Positions 26,317-40,200 of a stretch of 64,000 nucleotides of DNA are shown piece after piece. A model generated the notes under the pieces. It saw nothing but the letters and a program-made list of their open reading frames with translations, did not search any database and had not been told where the DNA came from. The translations under genes were made by a program, and so were the position numbers. The stretch covers positions 123,116-187,115 of the forward strand of contig CAYWJQ010000003.1 of the NCBI GenBank assembly GCA_964458595.1. Reading direction: 5' to 3'. Origin of the DNA: an uncultured Thermoplasmata archaeon (lineage in GTDB: Archaea; Thermoplasmatota; Thermoplasmata; Halarchaeoplasmatales; Halarchaeoplasmataceae). How positions within the stretch are numbered: the stretch's first letter is position 1; each line of letters starts with the position of its first letter.

Positions 26317-27333
26317 TCAACCGAAAGAGGAAAGACTGCTCTGCTTTCTCTTCTTCATCCCTTCTTCATACTTTTCTAGAGCCGACTCTATTCTCGATTC
26401 GGAAAAGTCCCTTTCATCGCAGAGAAACCCTTTCACGTTTCCTAGTTCGGTTTCGAAATCGATAGAGTAGTCGGTTTTAACCTCGGGCTTCAAAAATATT
26501 TTTTTAATAGCTTCGTGATTTTCAACCTTCTTATCTTTTTCTTGGAGAACGGTTTCTAAATCGCCGTGTTTCTTAACGTACTTCAATCCTCTTTTCGGCC
26601 CTATACCTTTGACGCCGTCATTATAATCGGTTCCGCACAGTATCCCGATATCTACCAACTGTTCTCTATTTATCTCCAGTTCTTCCAGCACCTTTTCGAG
26701 TTCTATCAATTCCAGACTGATATCTTTATATTTCGAAGAACCGGGCATCTTTCTCTTACCGGTTATCGTGAGGTTTTTCACGAGTCGAGGAGCGCCGAAC
26801 AGTAATGTGTCATAATCCTGTCCACCAACCGACCAAGCGTCTCCTTCTCTAACCATGTGGGCGGCCTGACTTTCACCTTCAGCGGGGGCTTGAATCCAGG
26901 GTATCGCTAAAAGCGACAAGAGCTTTTTACTGCTCTCTTCGATCTCGTCCGTCATCCTGGAAGTTTGCTGAGCTTTCATCCTAGCTCTTTCCAGATCCCC
27001 TTCTTCTAGAGCTTTGTCATATTCTTTTTCAGCCTCTTTCTTTCTCTCTTTTCTTTTCTCCAAAGTTCCTTCTTTCATCACGTCGGGAGCACCGTCGAAA
27101 ACATATACGGGTTTGATCCCGGCTTCTATCAGATTCGCGTTTCTGTAGAGTAAGCCCGACAGATGTGAGGTAACTCTTCCTTCAGAATCTTTCAATAATT
27201 CTCCGTCCCTCTGCCTTATACTGGATAAAAATTGATATATTATGTTGTAAGCGTCTACCGCGATAACTTTATCTTCCATATCTTCGAAATCTATCTCTTC
27301 CCTCTGAATTATATCTCCTATTCCCACGCCCAT
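26317..27333 (-). CDS. fen: Flap endonuclease 1 (FEN-1)
   Basis: MGVGIGDII...KVIAVDAYNIIYQFLSSIRQRDGELL...SHLSGLLYR is the FEN-1 N-domain. Also contains the I-domain and HhH region. Confidence 0.85.
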   Translation of the reverse strand: MGVGIGDIIQREEIDFEDMEDKVIAVDAYNIIYQFLSSIRQRDGELLKDSEGRVTSHLSGLLYRNANLIEAGIKPVYVFDGAPDVMKEGTLEKRKERKKEAEKEYDKALEEGDLERARMKAQQTSRMTDEIEESSKKLLSLLAIPWIQAPAEGESQAAHMVREGDAWSVGGQDYDTLLFGAPRLVKNLTITGKRKMPGSSKYKDISLELIELEKVLEELEINREQLVDIGILCGTDYNDGVKGIGPKRGLKYVKKHGDLETVLQEKDKKVENHEAIKKIFLKPEVKTDYSIDFETELGNVKGFLCDERDFSESRIESALEKYEEGMKKRKQSSLSSFG

Positions 27334-27345
27334 CTTATGACCACC

Positions 27346-28053
27346 TTAAAAAATAGCTCCTTCCATCTGTACGTCTATCCCGTGATCCGTTATCACGAAG
27401 GGCTTGATCTTCCGAGAATGATTTATCCGCCTCATCTTTATCACCTGGACGCTCAGTTGTACTTCTTCCATATCCGATTGGTTGTATCTCAAGAGAATGA
27501 CTCCATCAGCGGTATACTCTATCAAACCGTCTCTAGAACTTTCCGGGTTCTCGTCCTTAACTTCAGCGGTCAATAGAGCTGTAGTCCCGGTATCTTTTAT
27601 CATCTTACTGAGCGCGAACAGCTGATCTCGTTTCTCCTGAGGATTACTAGCCAACATATTGAGAAGGGAAACCGAATCTATAGCGATCCTGTCCGCGTCG
27701 AAACTTTTTATGAACTCTGGAAGATCGCTCTGGATCTTGTTAATAGTGGCTTCAGCATCAGCCGGGGTAAGCTTTTTCACAGCTAATTGGTTATTATCGA
27801 TGTAAGGTTGAAAATCCCATCCGTATGATTTACCGGTCTCTATCATAGCGTTTCTATCCTCTTCTAGAGAGATGAAGATACCCGACTCCCCCTGCTGCAG
27901 ACCTTCCCATATATATTGTAATGAAAAAGTCGTTTTTCCCGTGCCGAACTGTCCCATCACGGTAAATACGTGGCCTTTCGGAATTCCACCGTTCAGCATC
28001 TCATCTAAACCATCTATCCCGGTCTTTATTTTTTCTATATCTTTTTCTTCCAT
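27346..28053 (-). CDS. KaiC/RadA-like RecA-superfamily ATPase (single domain, intact Walker A)
   Basis: GGIPKGHVFTVMGQFGTGKTTFSLQYIWEGL and ILLRY...VQLSVQVIKMRR are typical of archaeal KaiC-like ATPases. Confidence 0.7.
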   Translation of the reverse strand: MEEKDIEKIKTGIDGLDEMLNGGIPKGHVFTVMGQFGTGKTTFSLQYIWEGLQQGESGIFISLEEDRNAMIETGKSYGWDFQPYIDNNQLAVKKLTPADAEATINKIQSDLPEFIKSFDADRIAIDSVSLLNMLASNPQEKRDQLFALSKMIKDTGTTALLTAEVKDENPESSRDGLIEYTADGVILLRYNQSDMEEVQLSVQVIKMRRINHSRKIKPFVITDHGIDVQMEGAIF

Positions 28054-28057
28054 CTTA

Positions 28058-28951
28058 TCACCTGATCTTTTGATAATTTATCACGGTATAGCCCTCATAA
28101 TCGCTGACTTCCGCAGTGAATCGAGCGATCTTTTCCCTCTTCAAGTGAGGGAGAACACTCATAAACTTATCAACTAAAAGATAACGCTGCCGCTGAGAAC
28201 TTCCTGTGGTTTTTGACCATTGGAAGGAAAATACTCCATCTACACTATCTATTATCTGATATTCGAGACTTTTGTCGACTATGCTTTTTGACATCAATAG
28301 ATAGACCACTCCACCCCATTTTTTAGATGCCCTTCTCATACCCTTTATGACCATAACGAGCTTGTCTTTATCGATCGATGAGTTCGTCAATAGATCGGTA
28401 AGCGAATCTAGAATGATGACGTTATTTTCAGCGTTCTCTTCGAGAAAATGGACTAGATCCTCCAATATGTCGGAATCGGAGGAGTCTGAAAATAGGTTGT
28501 TAGAACTCATCTCGCCGGCCCAACTGGGTGGCACCATGGTCCGCTGGAAGTACTGTTTGGAGAAATCCTTGAATTCTAGATTTTCTTCTATCACGTCGTA
28601 GTAATCCTGATTAAATGAGGTTCTGACCTCGTCTAAAACATCTTCTCTCGATCGAGAAAATGTGATATAGAACACGTTTTCTGGCAGCATAGAGCCCTTA
28701 CATTCGTCCCCTAAATGTACAGAGAGATCTTCTGGTTCCTCTTTCACCCTCAATATCTTTGCGGAAGACGTGTAGGTATACTCAACGCCTCCCGCACCGA
28801 TCTCAGTGAGGAGAAGAACGACGGAACCAGCGGGTATGCCCCCTTTGATTATGGCATCTAAATCGCTAACACCAGTAGGTATCTTTTTCATGATCTTACA
28901 CCGTCGGACTACTGTCAGACAGAGCCTTCCAATATGGTATAATGGAAGCAT
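28058..28951 (-). CDS. KaiC-like fold protein with degenerate Walker A (probable non-catalytic partner)
   Basis: TGVSDLDAIIKGGIPAGSVVLLLTEIGAGGVEYTY has the same architecture as KaiC-like proteins but lacks the GK[ST] lysine. Likely start is the internal Met (MKKIPTG). Confidence 0.5.
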   Translation of the reverse strand: MLPLYHIGRLCLTVVRRCKIMKKIPTGVSDLDAIIKGGIPAGSVVLLLTEIGAGGVEYTYTSSAKILRVKEEPEDLSVHLGDECKGSMLPENVFYITFSRSREDVLDEVRTSFNQDYYDVIEENLEFKDFSKQYFQRTMVPPSWAGEMSSNNLFSDSSDSDILEDLVHFLEENAENNVIILDSLTDLLTNSSIDKDKLVMVIKGMRRASKKWGGVVYLLMSKSIVDKSLEYQIIDSVDGVFSFQWSKTTGSSQRQRYLLVDKFMSVLPHLKREKIARFTAEVSDYEGYTVINYQKIR

Positions 28952-29350
28952 TGTTTATAATTTACTTATCGATGATAAGCGAAAGTTGTATTTCCGTTTC
29001 GAATATTATGTGTTAAAGTCTTTCTAGCGGCGAACGCTCACAGAAAATGAGGATAATGATTTAATTATATTTGTTTTCATATCTCTTGGAAGGGAAAAAC
29101 TTAATAATCTCACCACCTTCGTCTTCATTTACAAAACATAAAAATGAAATTATCTTTCCGGCCTTCCAAAATGCTTTTATAGGAGGCCCCTTTCTAACTC
29201 AAGACCCAAGCCGGGGTCGGTTGACGCCGGCGCGGGAAGCAAAGTTAAAATAGCTTAATTGCATAATGTTTACAATGCACTCGGCGACATGAGAAAAGGT
29301 TGTCGAGGAAGGGTATAGGATCAGTATGATCCGATGATTACCGATCATAC

Positions 29351-29371
29351 GCAGACCTGGATGTGTACCAG

Positions 29372-29375
<4 letters not shown>
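29351..29375 (+). other. 5' half of the 23S rRNA processing stem (pairs with 32326-32355)
   Basis: GCAGACCTGGATGTGTACCAGACCG is complementary to CGGTCTGGTCATCAGACAGGTCTGCGTG at the 3' flank. The helix with internal bulges is typical of archaeal pre-rRNA bulge-helix-bulge processing sites. Confidence 0.45.
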
Positions 29376-32325
<2,950 letters not shown>

Positions 32326-32327
<2 letters not shown>

Positions 32328-32355
32328 GTCTGGTCATCAGACAGGTCTGCGTGTG
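32326..32355 (+). other. 3' half of the 23S rRNA processing stem
   Basis: See 29351-29375. Confidence 0.45.
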
Positions 32356-32507
32356 TATTATTGTAATCTTTTCTAAAATAGCAATATGTGTTAGTCTAGA
32401 GTATAGCCATTTATAGTCAAAGACGGAACTTTTGTTGAATTTTTATGTCTTCCACTAAATAACGAATAATCTAGAGCGATACATCATATCTCATCTTTTA
32501 TGTGCGG

Positions 32508-32879
32508 TTATATCCCGTCTAATATCAAGTGGGACATATATCCGGTCAAAAAGAAGTATAGAATACTGCTCACTAGATCAGGTCTTTTCAATAATAAAAG
32601 CAGTGAAAGAAACCAAAATAGCAGCATCAGAAAAAATAGCGTCCTGCTGTGGGCGAAGGACCTGTGATATCTAGTGAATGGCGGATCGAGTATATCCGGT
32701 AAAATCCCTCCGAGGATAGAAGATCCTACCATAGATAAGAACATATAGACTCTCATAGAAAGGAGAATTTGGATAAGTCCCTGAAGATTAATCAAAGATC
32801 TAAAAGTTAAAATTCTGTAGAGGAAAAAAGCAAGAACCCCGAAGATCACAGCCCCTAAAACATGTGATTTTTTCCTCAT
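32508..32879 (-). CDS. Small polytopic membrane protein, possibly DUF457-like membrane-bound metal-dependent hydrolase
   Basis: Three to four TM helices. A His near the N-terminus and a C-terminal SHLILDGI motif are reminiscent of the YdjM/DUF457 family. Weak. Confidence 0.35.
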   Translation of the reverse strand: MRKKSHVLGAVIFGVLAFFLYRILTFRSLINLQGLIQILLSMRVYMFLSMVGSSILGGILPDILDPPFTRYHRSFAHSRTLFFLMLLFWFLSLLLLLKRPDLVSSILYFFLTGYMSHLILDGI

Positions 32880-32992
32880 GTATCTTTCGCCATCTCTGCA
32901 TATATAATTAATATATAAATTGATAACATGGAGGGGTAGATGAAAATGGAAAAATATTATTTAAGAACTATCAGTATGGGGAACGGAGTAAT

Positions 32993-34132
32993 ATGAAGGA
33001 GAACGATTCACCCGATGAAGATGAGTTCACGGTCACTCCTTGGGAAGTCGAAGGAGATATAGATTATGAAAGGCTGATAGAGAAATTCGGAACAGATGAA
33101 GTCGATCAAGAACTGTTGAAAAGGATAGAGGAGATCGCCGGCAGTACGCATTTCATGCTTAGGAGAGGCATTTTTTATTCTCACCGTGACTTGGATTGGA
33201 TTCTCGATAGATACGAAGAAGGAAAAAAATTCGCATTATATACTGGTAGAGGCCCCTCAGGGCATACCCACGTTGGTCATCTCATGCCCTGGATATTTGC
33301 TAAATGGATGCAGGATAAGTTCGATGTAGAAATGTATTTTCAATTGACGGACGATGAAAAGTTTCTATTCGAATTTGACAATACATTAGAAAAGACGCAC
33401 TCATATGCCTTGGAAAACGCTAAAGATATAATAGCTCTAGGTTTCGATCCTGAAAAAACTCACATCATCATAGACACTGATCATATAGATAAGCTGTATC
33501 CGTTGGCTTTAAAGGCTGGCAAAAGATTGAATTTTTCTAACGTTAAGGCGGTATTCGGATTCGATAATTCCACCAATGTCGGAAGTATTTTTTATACCGC
33601 TATACAGTCCGCCCCCTGCTTTCTCCCGAGTGAGGTGAAAGATGGAGATGTACCGGTTTTGATTCCCTGCGGGATAGATCAAGACCCTCATTTCAGATTG
33701 ACGAGAGATATAGCGGAGACCATAGGTTATCTAAAGCCCGCTCTTTTACACAACAAATTGGCCCCATCTTTAGACGGATCGGGAAAGATGTCAGCGAGTC
33801 AGCCCAAAACTACTATATTTACCACTGATAGTTCTGAAGATGTGGACGAGAAGATAAACGAGGCTTTTACGGGCGGTCGAGTATCGGCCTCCGAGCAAAG
33901 AGAAAAAGGTGGTAATCCAGATATCTGTGCGATACAGAATTACAGATATTACATATTTGAAAGCGATGACGAAAAGGTGGATGAGATCGACAAAAAGTGC
34001 AGACAAGGAGATATCCTATGCGGAGAGTGTAAGGGTCTTCTCAAGGAAAATATAAATGAATTCTTGAGGGAGCACCAAAAGAGGAGAGAGAAGGCCGAGG
34101 ATAAGATAGATGAATTTATATTAGATGAGTAG
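32993..34132 (+). CDS. trpS: Tryptophanyl-tRNA synthetase (archaeal/eukaryotic type)
   Basis: GRGPSGHTHVGHLMPW (HIGH-type motif) and KMSASQP (KMSAS). ~380 aa. Confidence 0.75.
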   Translation: MKENDSPDEDEFTVTPWEVEGDIDYERLIEKFGTDEVDQELLKRIEEIAGSTHFMLRRGIFYSHRDLDWILDRYEEGKKFALYTGRGPSGHTHVGHLMPWIFAKWMQDKFDVEMYFQLTDDEKFLFEFDNTLEKTHSYALENAKDIIALGFDPEKTHIIIDTDHIDKLYPLALKAGKRLNFSNVKAVFGFDNSTNVGSIFYTAIQSAPCFLPSEVKDGDVPVLIPCGIDQDPHFRLTRDIAETIGYLKPALLHNKLAPSLDGSGKMSASQPKTTIFTTDSSEDVDEKINEAFTGGRVSASEQREKGGNPDICAIQNYRYYIFESDDEKVDEIDKKCRQGDILCGECKGLLKENINEFLREHQKRREKAEDKIDEFILDE

Positions 34133-34273
34133 TTTATGACACTTCAGATTAGCATATGATCCTTCACGCATTTTGGCCCGTTGAAAAATCTATAAATAGG
34201 GGGACCCATTTTAGCCGTGTTTACGTGGTCATCGAAATGACTTGGAGATTTCCTCTAACACAGGTGGATCGCT

Positions 34274-37200
34274 ATGAATTCTAGTTTGCTTGGAAAGCTG
34301 ACATCGGGAAAGGAGAACCCCTCCTCCAGCCCTTCGTGGCTAGAGAAACACTGGGATACCACAGCATGTCTGTTAGGTATCTTCGTAGTTGCATTGATAA
34401 TCCGTTCGTACTTCGCCTATGAAGCGGCTACAAAGTTCGGATTACCTTATCTCTTAGGAGGAGGAGCCGACTCATATTACAATGCTAGAATAATCAATTA
34501 TATCGCAGAGACTCACCACCATCTTTTTACTGATCCATTGAGAGGATATCCCTTACCAGGGTTAAAAAATACTCGTCCCCCGCTCTATCAATGGTCGGTC
34601 GTGTTAGGAGGATATCTTCTATCTCCTTTTGTAGGTAGCCTGGAAAAAGCGATAAACATTTCATTCATTTTCTCATCTGCCTTCTGGAGTGCGATGACCG
34701 TTTTCCCCGTTTATCTGATAGGGAAGAAAACGTTCGGAAAGAAGGCAGGAATAGCTGCAGCACTGATGTTGACTCTCAGCGCAGCTCATCTTGGAAGAGG
34801 TGTTTTGACCAACACCAACCACGACGCCTTTTCGATGTTCTGGATCGTTACCGGTTTCTTTTTCTTCATGCGCTCTCTTGAAGAGATAAGGAGCGAAGAA
34901 AAGTGGGTTTCAGACTGGATGAAAGTCGAAGAGATCAAGAAGGGATTAGCAAAATTTTTCGGGAGCAACAGAAGAGCTCTCTTATACTCGGCAATGACGG
35001 GTATGGTGCTCGGGGCTCTAGCCTTAACCTGGAAAGGTTATTCCTACGCCCTTGTGATCATATTGGTCTACTTTTTGGTACAGATTGTTATCGATAAATT
35101 CAGAAAGAAAGATTCTCTCGGTATAACGGTAGCGATTTTCGTAATGATGATGATCGCATTCTTTGTGGCCTTACCATGGTATGCTAAAACGAGCGGTGGT
35201 TTTGCCCTGTTAGAAAAATTCACCACTTTAATCCAATGGCCACTTGGAAGGTATTATCAAATTCCTTTCGTGATATTCCTAGGAACTTTCGCTATCGGTG
35301 CTTATTTTTCAGTCACCCGAGACCTTCCTTGGGTGTTGACTTTTTCGATCCTTATCTTGGCAGGAGTACTATTTTTTACTTTGGGACCCAACGTTATCAG
35401 AAATGCAGCCTCTCAATACTTCATCCAGAATAAATTATATTCGACGATCGCAGAGGCTCAAGCACCCTCGTTCAGTCGCTTGGTTTTGTCGACAGGTCTC
35501 GTGACATCCTTCCTTTCCTTTATAGCCATCCCTCTCGCCGGATGGCATCTCAAGAAAACTTGGCGGAGGTCATTTTTGTTCGTATTAGTTTGGCTTACAT
35601 TTGCTATCTATATGGCTACAACCGCTACCAGATTCATATTCAATGCCGCTCCGGCTTTTGCTCTAACGTCGGGATGGATGATCGCCTTGATGTTCGATAA
35701 AGCTAACTTCTCCAGCGTGGTAAGAGGTTTCAAAAGTCATAGAGGCAACGTTATAAGAGGTATCCGCGAGGGTGTGAAGATAAAACATGTTTTGGTAACT
35801 CTTTTCGTTGTTTTCTTGATACTAACCCCCAATGCTTTGTATGCCATAGACGCGGGCATTCCTTTCCAAGAGAAGCAGAAGTACAATGAACAGGTCTATA
35901 GAGTCCTACCTCAACAACTGAGGCCGGACGATTATGATCCAGATAAAGGTGGTCTACATTATCTGGGTGCTTTCGGCTACAGTATGGATAGACCGACTCA
36001 ATATTGGCCGGGAGCTTGGGATTGGTTCAGCCAACAAGACGATGAGGTACCGCCCAAAGAGAGGCCTGCGTTCGTGAGTTGGTGGGACTATGGATTCGAA
36101 TGCATTAATCGAGGAAAACATCCCACCGTAGCTGACAACTTTCAGCACGGTTATAGGTTCACTGGTAACGTTTTGATGTCTCAAAACGAATCTGAGATGA
36201 TGGCATTACTGGTAGGAAGACAATTACAATTGCCTTATCGCCAGGAAGGAGCGTTCGAAGGAAAGGTCCGCGCCATCTTGGTGGATCATATAGGGAAAAA
36301 GAAAACGGAAAAACTGGAAAATATCTATGAACATCCGAATACCTATAAAGATGAGGTACTATCTAACCCGGATAGATATCATCCCAGGGCCAAAGACATA
36401 GGCAGGAGAAACGTTATGTGGGCGATGGTCATGGGCACTTTATCTTATGAAGATCTGAAAACATTGAACTCTCTTTACAGAGATATAAGTTACAATTCAG
36501 GTTATGAGAGACTCGAAAATAGAATGGGATATATAGCTGTAGATTCAAGGATGTTCCCGACCTCTGGCAGAGATACAGGCATTTTCCACGCCCCAGCTTA
36601 TCTTTCTGGCCATCGTATGAAAACCGTTGGTCGTACTAGAGCTCCCGTGGACTTTTATTCTTTCGAATTCATCGATGCTCGAGGGCGGGCATATGATGAT
36701 CCCGAAGAAGTTCCAGAAGGCGCTAGAATAACAAGACAAAGGATAAAATACAAGCAGATGTTCTTCAATACTGCGTTGTACAGGATCTTCGCAGGATTTG
36801 GAAAACATGAAGTGGGGGAAGGTGAAAAGGGCATACCAGGCTTGTCTAGAACTAGAGGAAGAAGACGGCCGCTCAAACCCATGCCGAGCTGGAATATGAC
36901 CCATTTCAAGACCGATTATAGAACTGCATATTTCAATCCTTATCCGAACAAGAAGGTCCAGAATCATTCAGAGGCTTGGGAAGCGATAAGTTATGATAAA
37001 GGCATAGATCTTCAGGATAATAAGAATGTCACCGTAGATTTGAGCAGCAGGAGCTATATGAGGCAAGGAGTGATATTCGTCCGATACTACGACGGCGCTA
37101 TCTTGAAAGGCCAGGTCGAAACGGAAGGCGGAGAACCGATCCCTAATGCAAAGGTGACCGTATATGACACCTCCGGAAATAGATATACACCACATCATGT

Positions 37201-40200
37201 CACCACTACTGATAGCCAGGGAAATTATAGAGCTATACTTCCACCTGGAAATGTAACCGTATTGGCGTCCACTGGCGGTGGTGGAAGAGAAATGCTGAAG
37301 AAGGAGCAGACCCTTCTAGGCAATGAACAGTACGAGATATCGGAGGAACAAGCATTAAGAAGACGGATCGATAGAAACGGAGACGGTCGCTGGGATTATA
37401 AACTTCAGAAGGACTTTGAAGTCAAACCGGGAAAAATATCAGGCAAAGTGTTTTTAGATAGAGGTGACGATGGGTCCTTCGATAAAACTAACGATACACT
37501 TTATCAGGAGAATGGTAAAGTCAAAATCAAAAATAAACAGAGTGATATCAAATATACGACTACGGTGCAGAATGGGACTTATGAATTTTCCAATGTAGTT
37601 CCGGGCAATTATACTGTCAATAGTTCGATCCCGGGAAGTCCTAATGCGAGGGAGATTCTCCTTAAACCCGACGCAGAAAAATCGAAAGATATACCTCTTT
37701 CCGTCGGAAAGATAGGAGGCAATATCACTTACGGCGGAGAGGTGGAGAAAGGTGAAATAACGCTGTCGATCGAGGGTACAGATAAAAAGAAACAATTGAA
37801 TCTTGGCGAGACCGATAGTTTCGAATTCTTAGATCTCCCATTCGGAAAACACACTTTAAGTATAGAAGATGAAGGATACGCTCTCAGATATGGTCCATCG
37901 GGATACAATATACAGGATACAAAAAAGATCAATAGGAATCTGCAAGTGGTGAAAGCTTACCGATTAGAGGGTCGAGTGACAAAAGAGGGCGAACCGCTTA
38001 CTGATCAGAAACTTACCGTATTAGGAAAGAGATATGATAGAGTGATCACGACCGATCAGGATGGTCAATTTAGTATAAAAGTACCTAAGGGCAGATATCA
38101 AATATACGGCATCAATAGAGAGGGGGAAGATGTCTACGTCACTTTAGATGATGTCACAGTAGATTCCTCCACCAATTACCACGGCAAATTCGAAAAGGGT
38201 TATAGATTGACTGGCAGCGCGGTGCATAAAGGCGAGGCACTCAACAGAGGTGAGTTATTCATAAGGGGTAGAACAGGTGAAGAGTACTATATCACTACTA
38301 ATCCGCAGGGAAGATTCAAAGTCTATCTTCCTAAAGGATTTTACGAGCTTTATGGTTGGAAGAAATTCGGTTTCCGTCAACCTAATAGAAATACAAAATT
38401 TTACTGGGAGGATATAACGCTAGATAGTGATACGGAAGTCAAATTGGATTCCTCAAACGCATCTTTAGAGGAGGGCAAAGTTATCCGGGATATCCACAAT
38501 TCTGAAGAAGAAGGTGAAGGAATATTCACTGATATACATATATCATGTGGAGGAAGAACTTTCACGACGAGCACCACCATAGATGGTAATTATTCCTTAT
38601 ATTTACCCAACCAAAGATGCACATTCACTATAGATAAGGAAGGTTATCATAAAAAAGTCTTGACAGTGAATCCTGTAAGAGATGTTCAAGAGGATATCTA
38701 TCTTAATGCGAAAAATGTCTCCGTAGAAGGAGATATAGACTTCGATAGAGAGTCCGTGGGTAAATTAACTCTCAGGTTCGTACCTGAAGACGGCGGAGCT
38801 GTCGCTAAAGAGATAACTGTAGATGGTAATGAGTACAGCGTAGATCTCCAGCCGGGCGATTACAAGATAGTTAGTGATCACTTCCTAGAAGATTCTAACG
38901 CTAAATATGAGATATCAGATTCGATATCTATCGAACCTGGGGAAGAAAATATTCAGAACGATCTTTCCGCCCGATATAGAGTGAAAGTTCAGGGCGATAT
39001 TGAGATTTTAGATGCAGATGAATCTCCCACGGCAAATATCTACTTCCAAGGTCTAGAAGATGAGATGATCACTGCTAATGGTTCTTACGCGACATACTTG
39101 ATCCCTGGAAATTATTCCGTGAGAGCTGTACACCCAAGAGGTCATCGCTCGGTACAGAAAAAAGTTAAAGTCGAAGGGCTTACGAGTACTGATTTCACAC
39201 TGGAAGAGACCTATTCGGTAGATGCAAAATTAAAGGGACTTCGAAAACCAGGTATTCCAGTCTATTTCAGAAATAAAGAAACGGGTTTCGTCATCAAAAC
39301 ACTCAGCGGTGTTGACGGCGAATTGAATCTCAATATAACCTCTGGAAATTATGAGATAACAGTTAATCACGTGATAGAAGAACAGGTCAGAGGAGTCAAA
39401 AGGAAGGTTAAATATCACCTTACCGAGCAGCATTCTACTCCTATTTCAGGTATGTTGGAATTAGAGAAGAAGGTCCTACATTCAACACTAAGGGGCGAGG
39501 TTAAATTGGAAGGTAGTTATATAAGCGGCGCGGATATCGAAATAAAGTCCGACGATAAAGTTTTCGATGTCCAGTCTAACGAAAACGGAAAATACAGCAT
39601 AGACGAAGTGATACAAGGTCGATATACTGTATACGCTTCTTATCAAGCCCAAGGAGAAACCTACACTTACTTCGAGAGTTTCAAGATGCCCGCTGAAAAT
39701 AAGTCCATGGATATCACCCTAGAAAAATCCCACATACTCTCCGGGAAAGTTACCTTAGACGGTAAAGGGATCCAGACCGGACTTAAAGTAGTAAAGGGCT
39801 CCGCTAGAAAACAATTCGATACTTCACAGGACGGAACTTTCAGAATCGAACTGCCCAAGGGGAGATATTCCATAACTGCAAGCGAAACGAGAGAGATGAA
39901 ATACGGGACGACCGAATTCCAGTATTCGGCTAGTTTTGAACTCAACCACGACGAGTCAAGAAATATCCAACTCAAGAAGGTCAAAGAATATGGTATAAAG
40001 GCGGAAGGACTAGAGACCAAACAAGCATCTCAGGGCGAGGTCATAGAGTATACCGTTCAGATATCGAATACCGGGAATACACCCGACGAATACGGATTAT
40101 CGGCTGAAAAGTCGAAATGGGATATAGATTTCACCCCTCAAAATATTTCCCTGCAGCCGAATGAAAAGGCTGAAGTCAACATCAGGGTAAAAGTTGGAGA

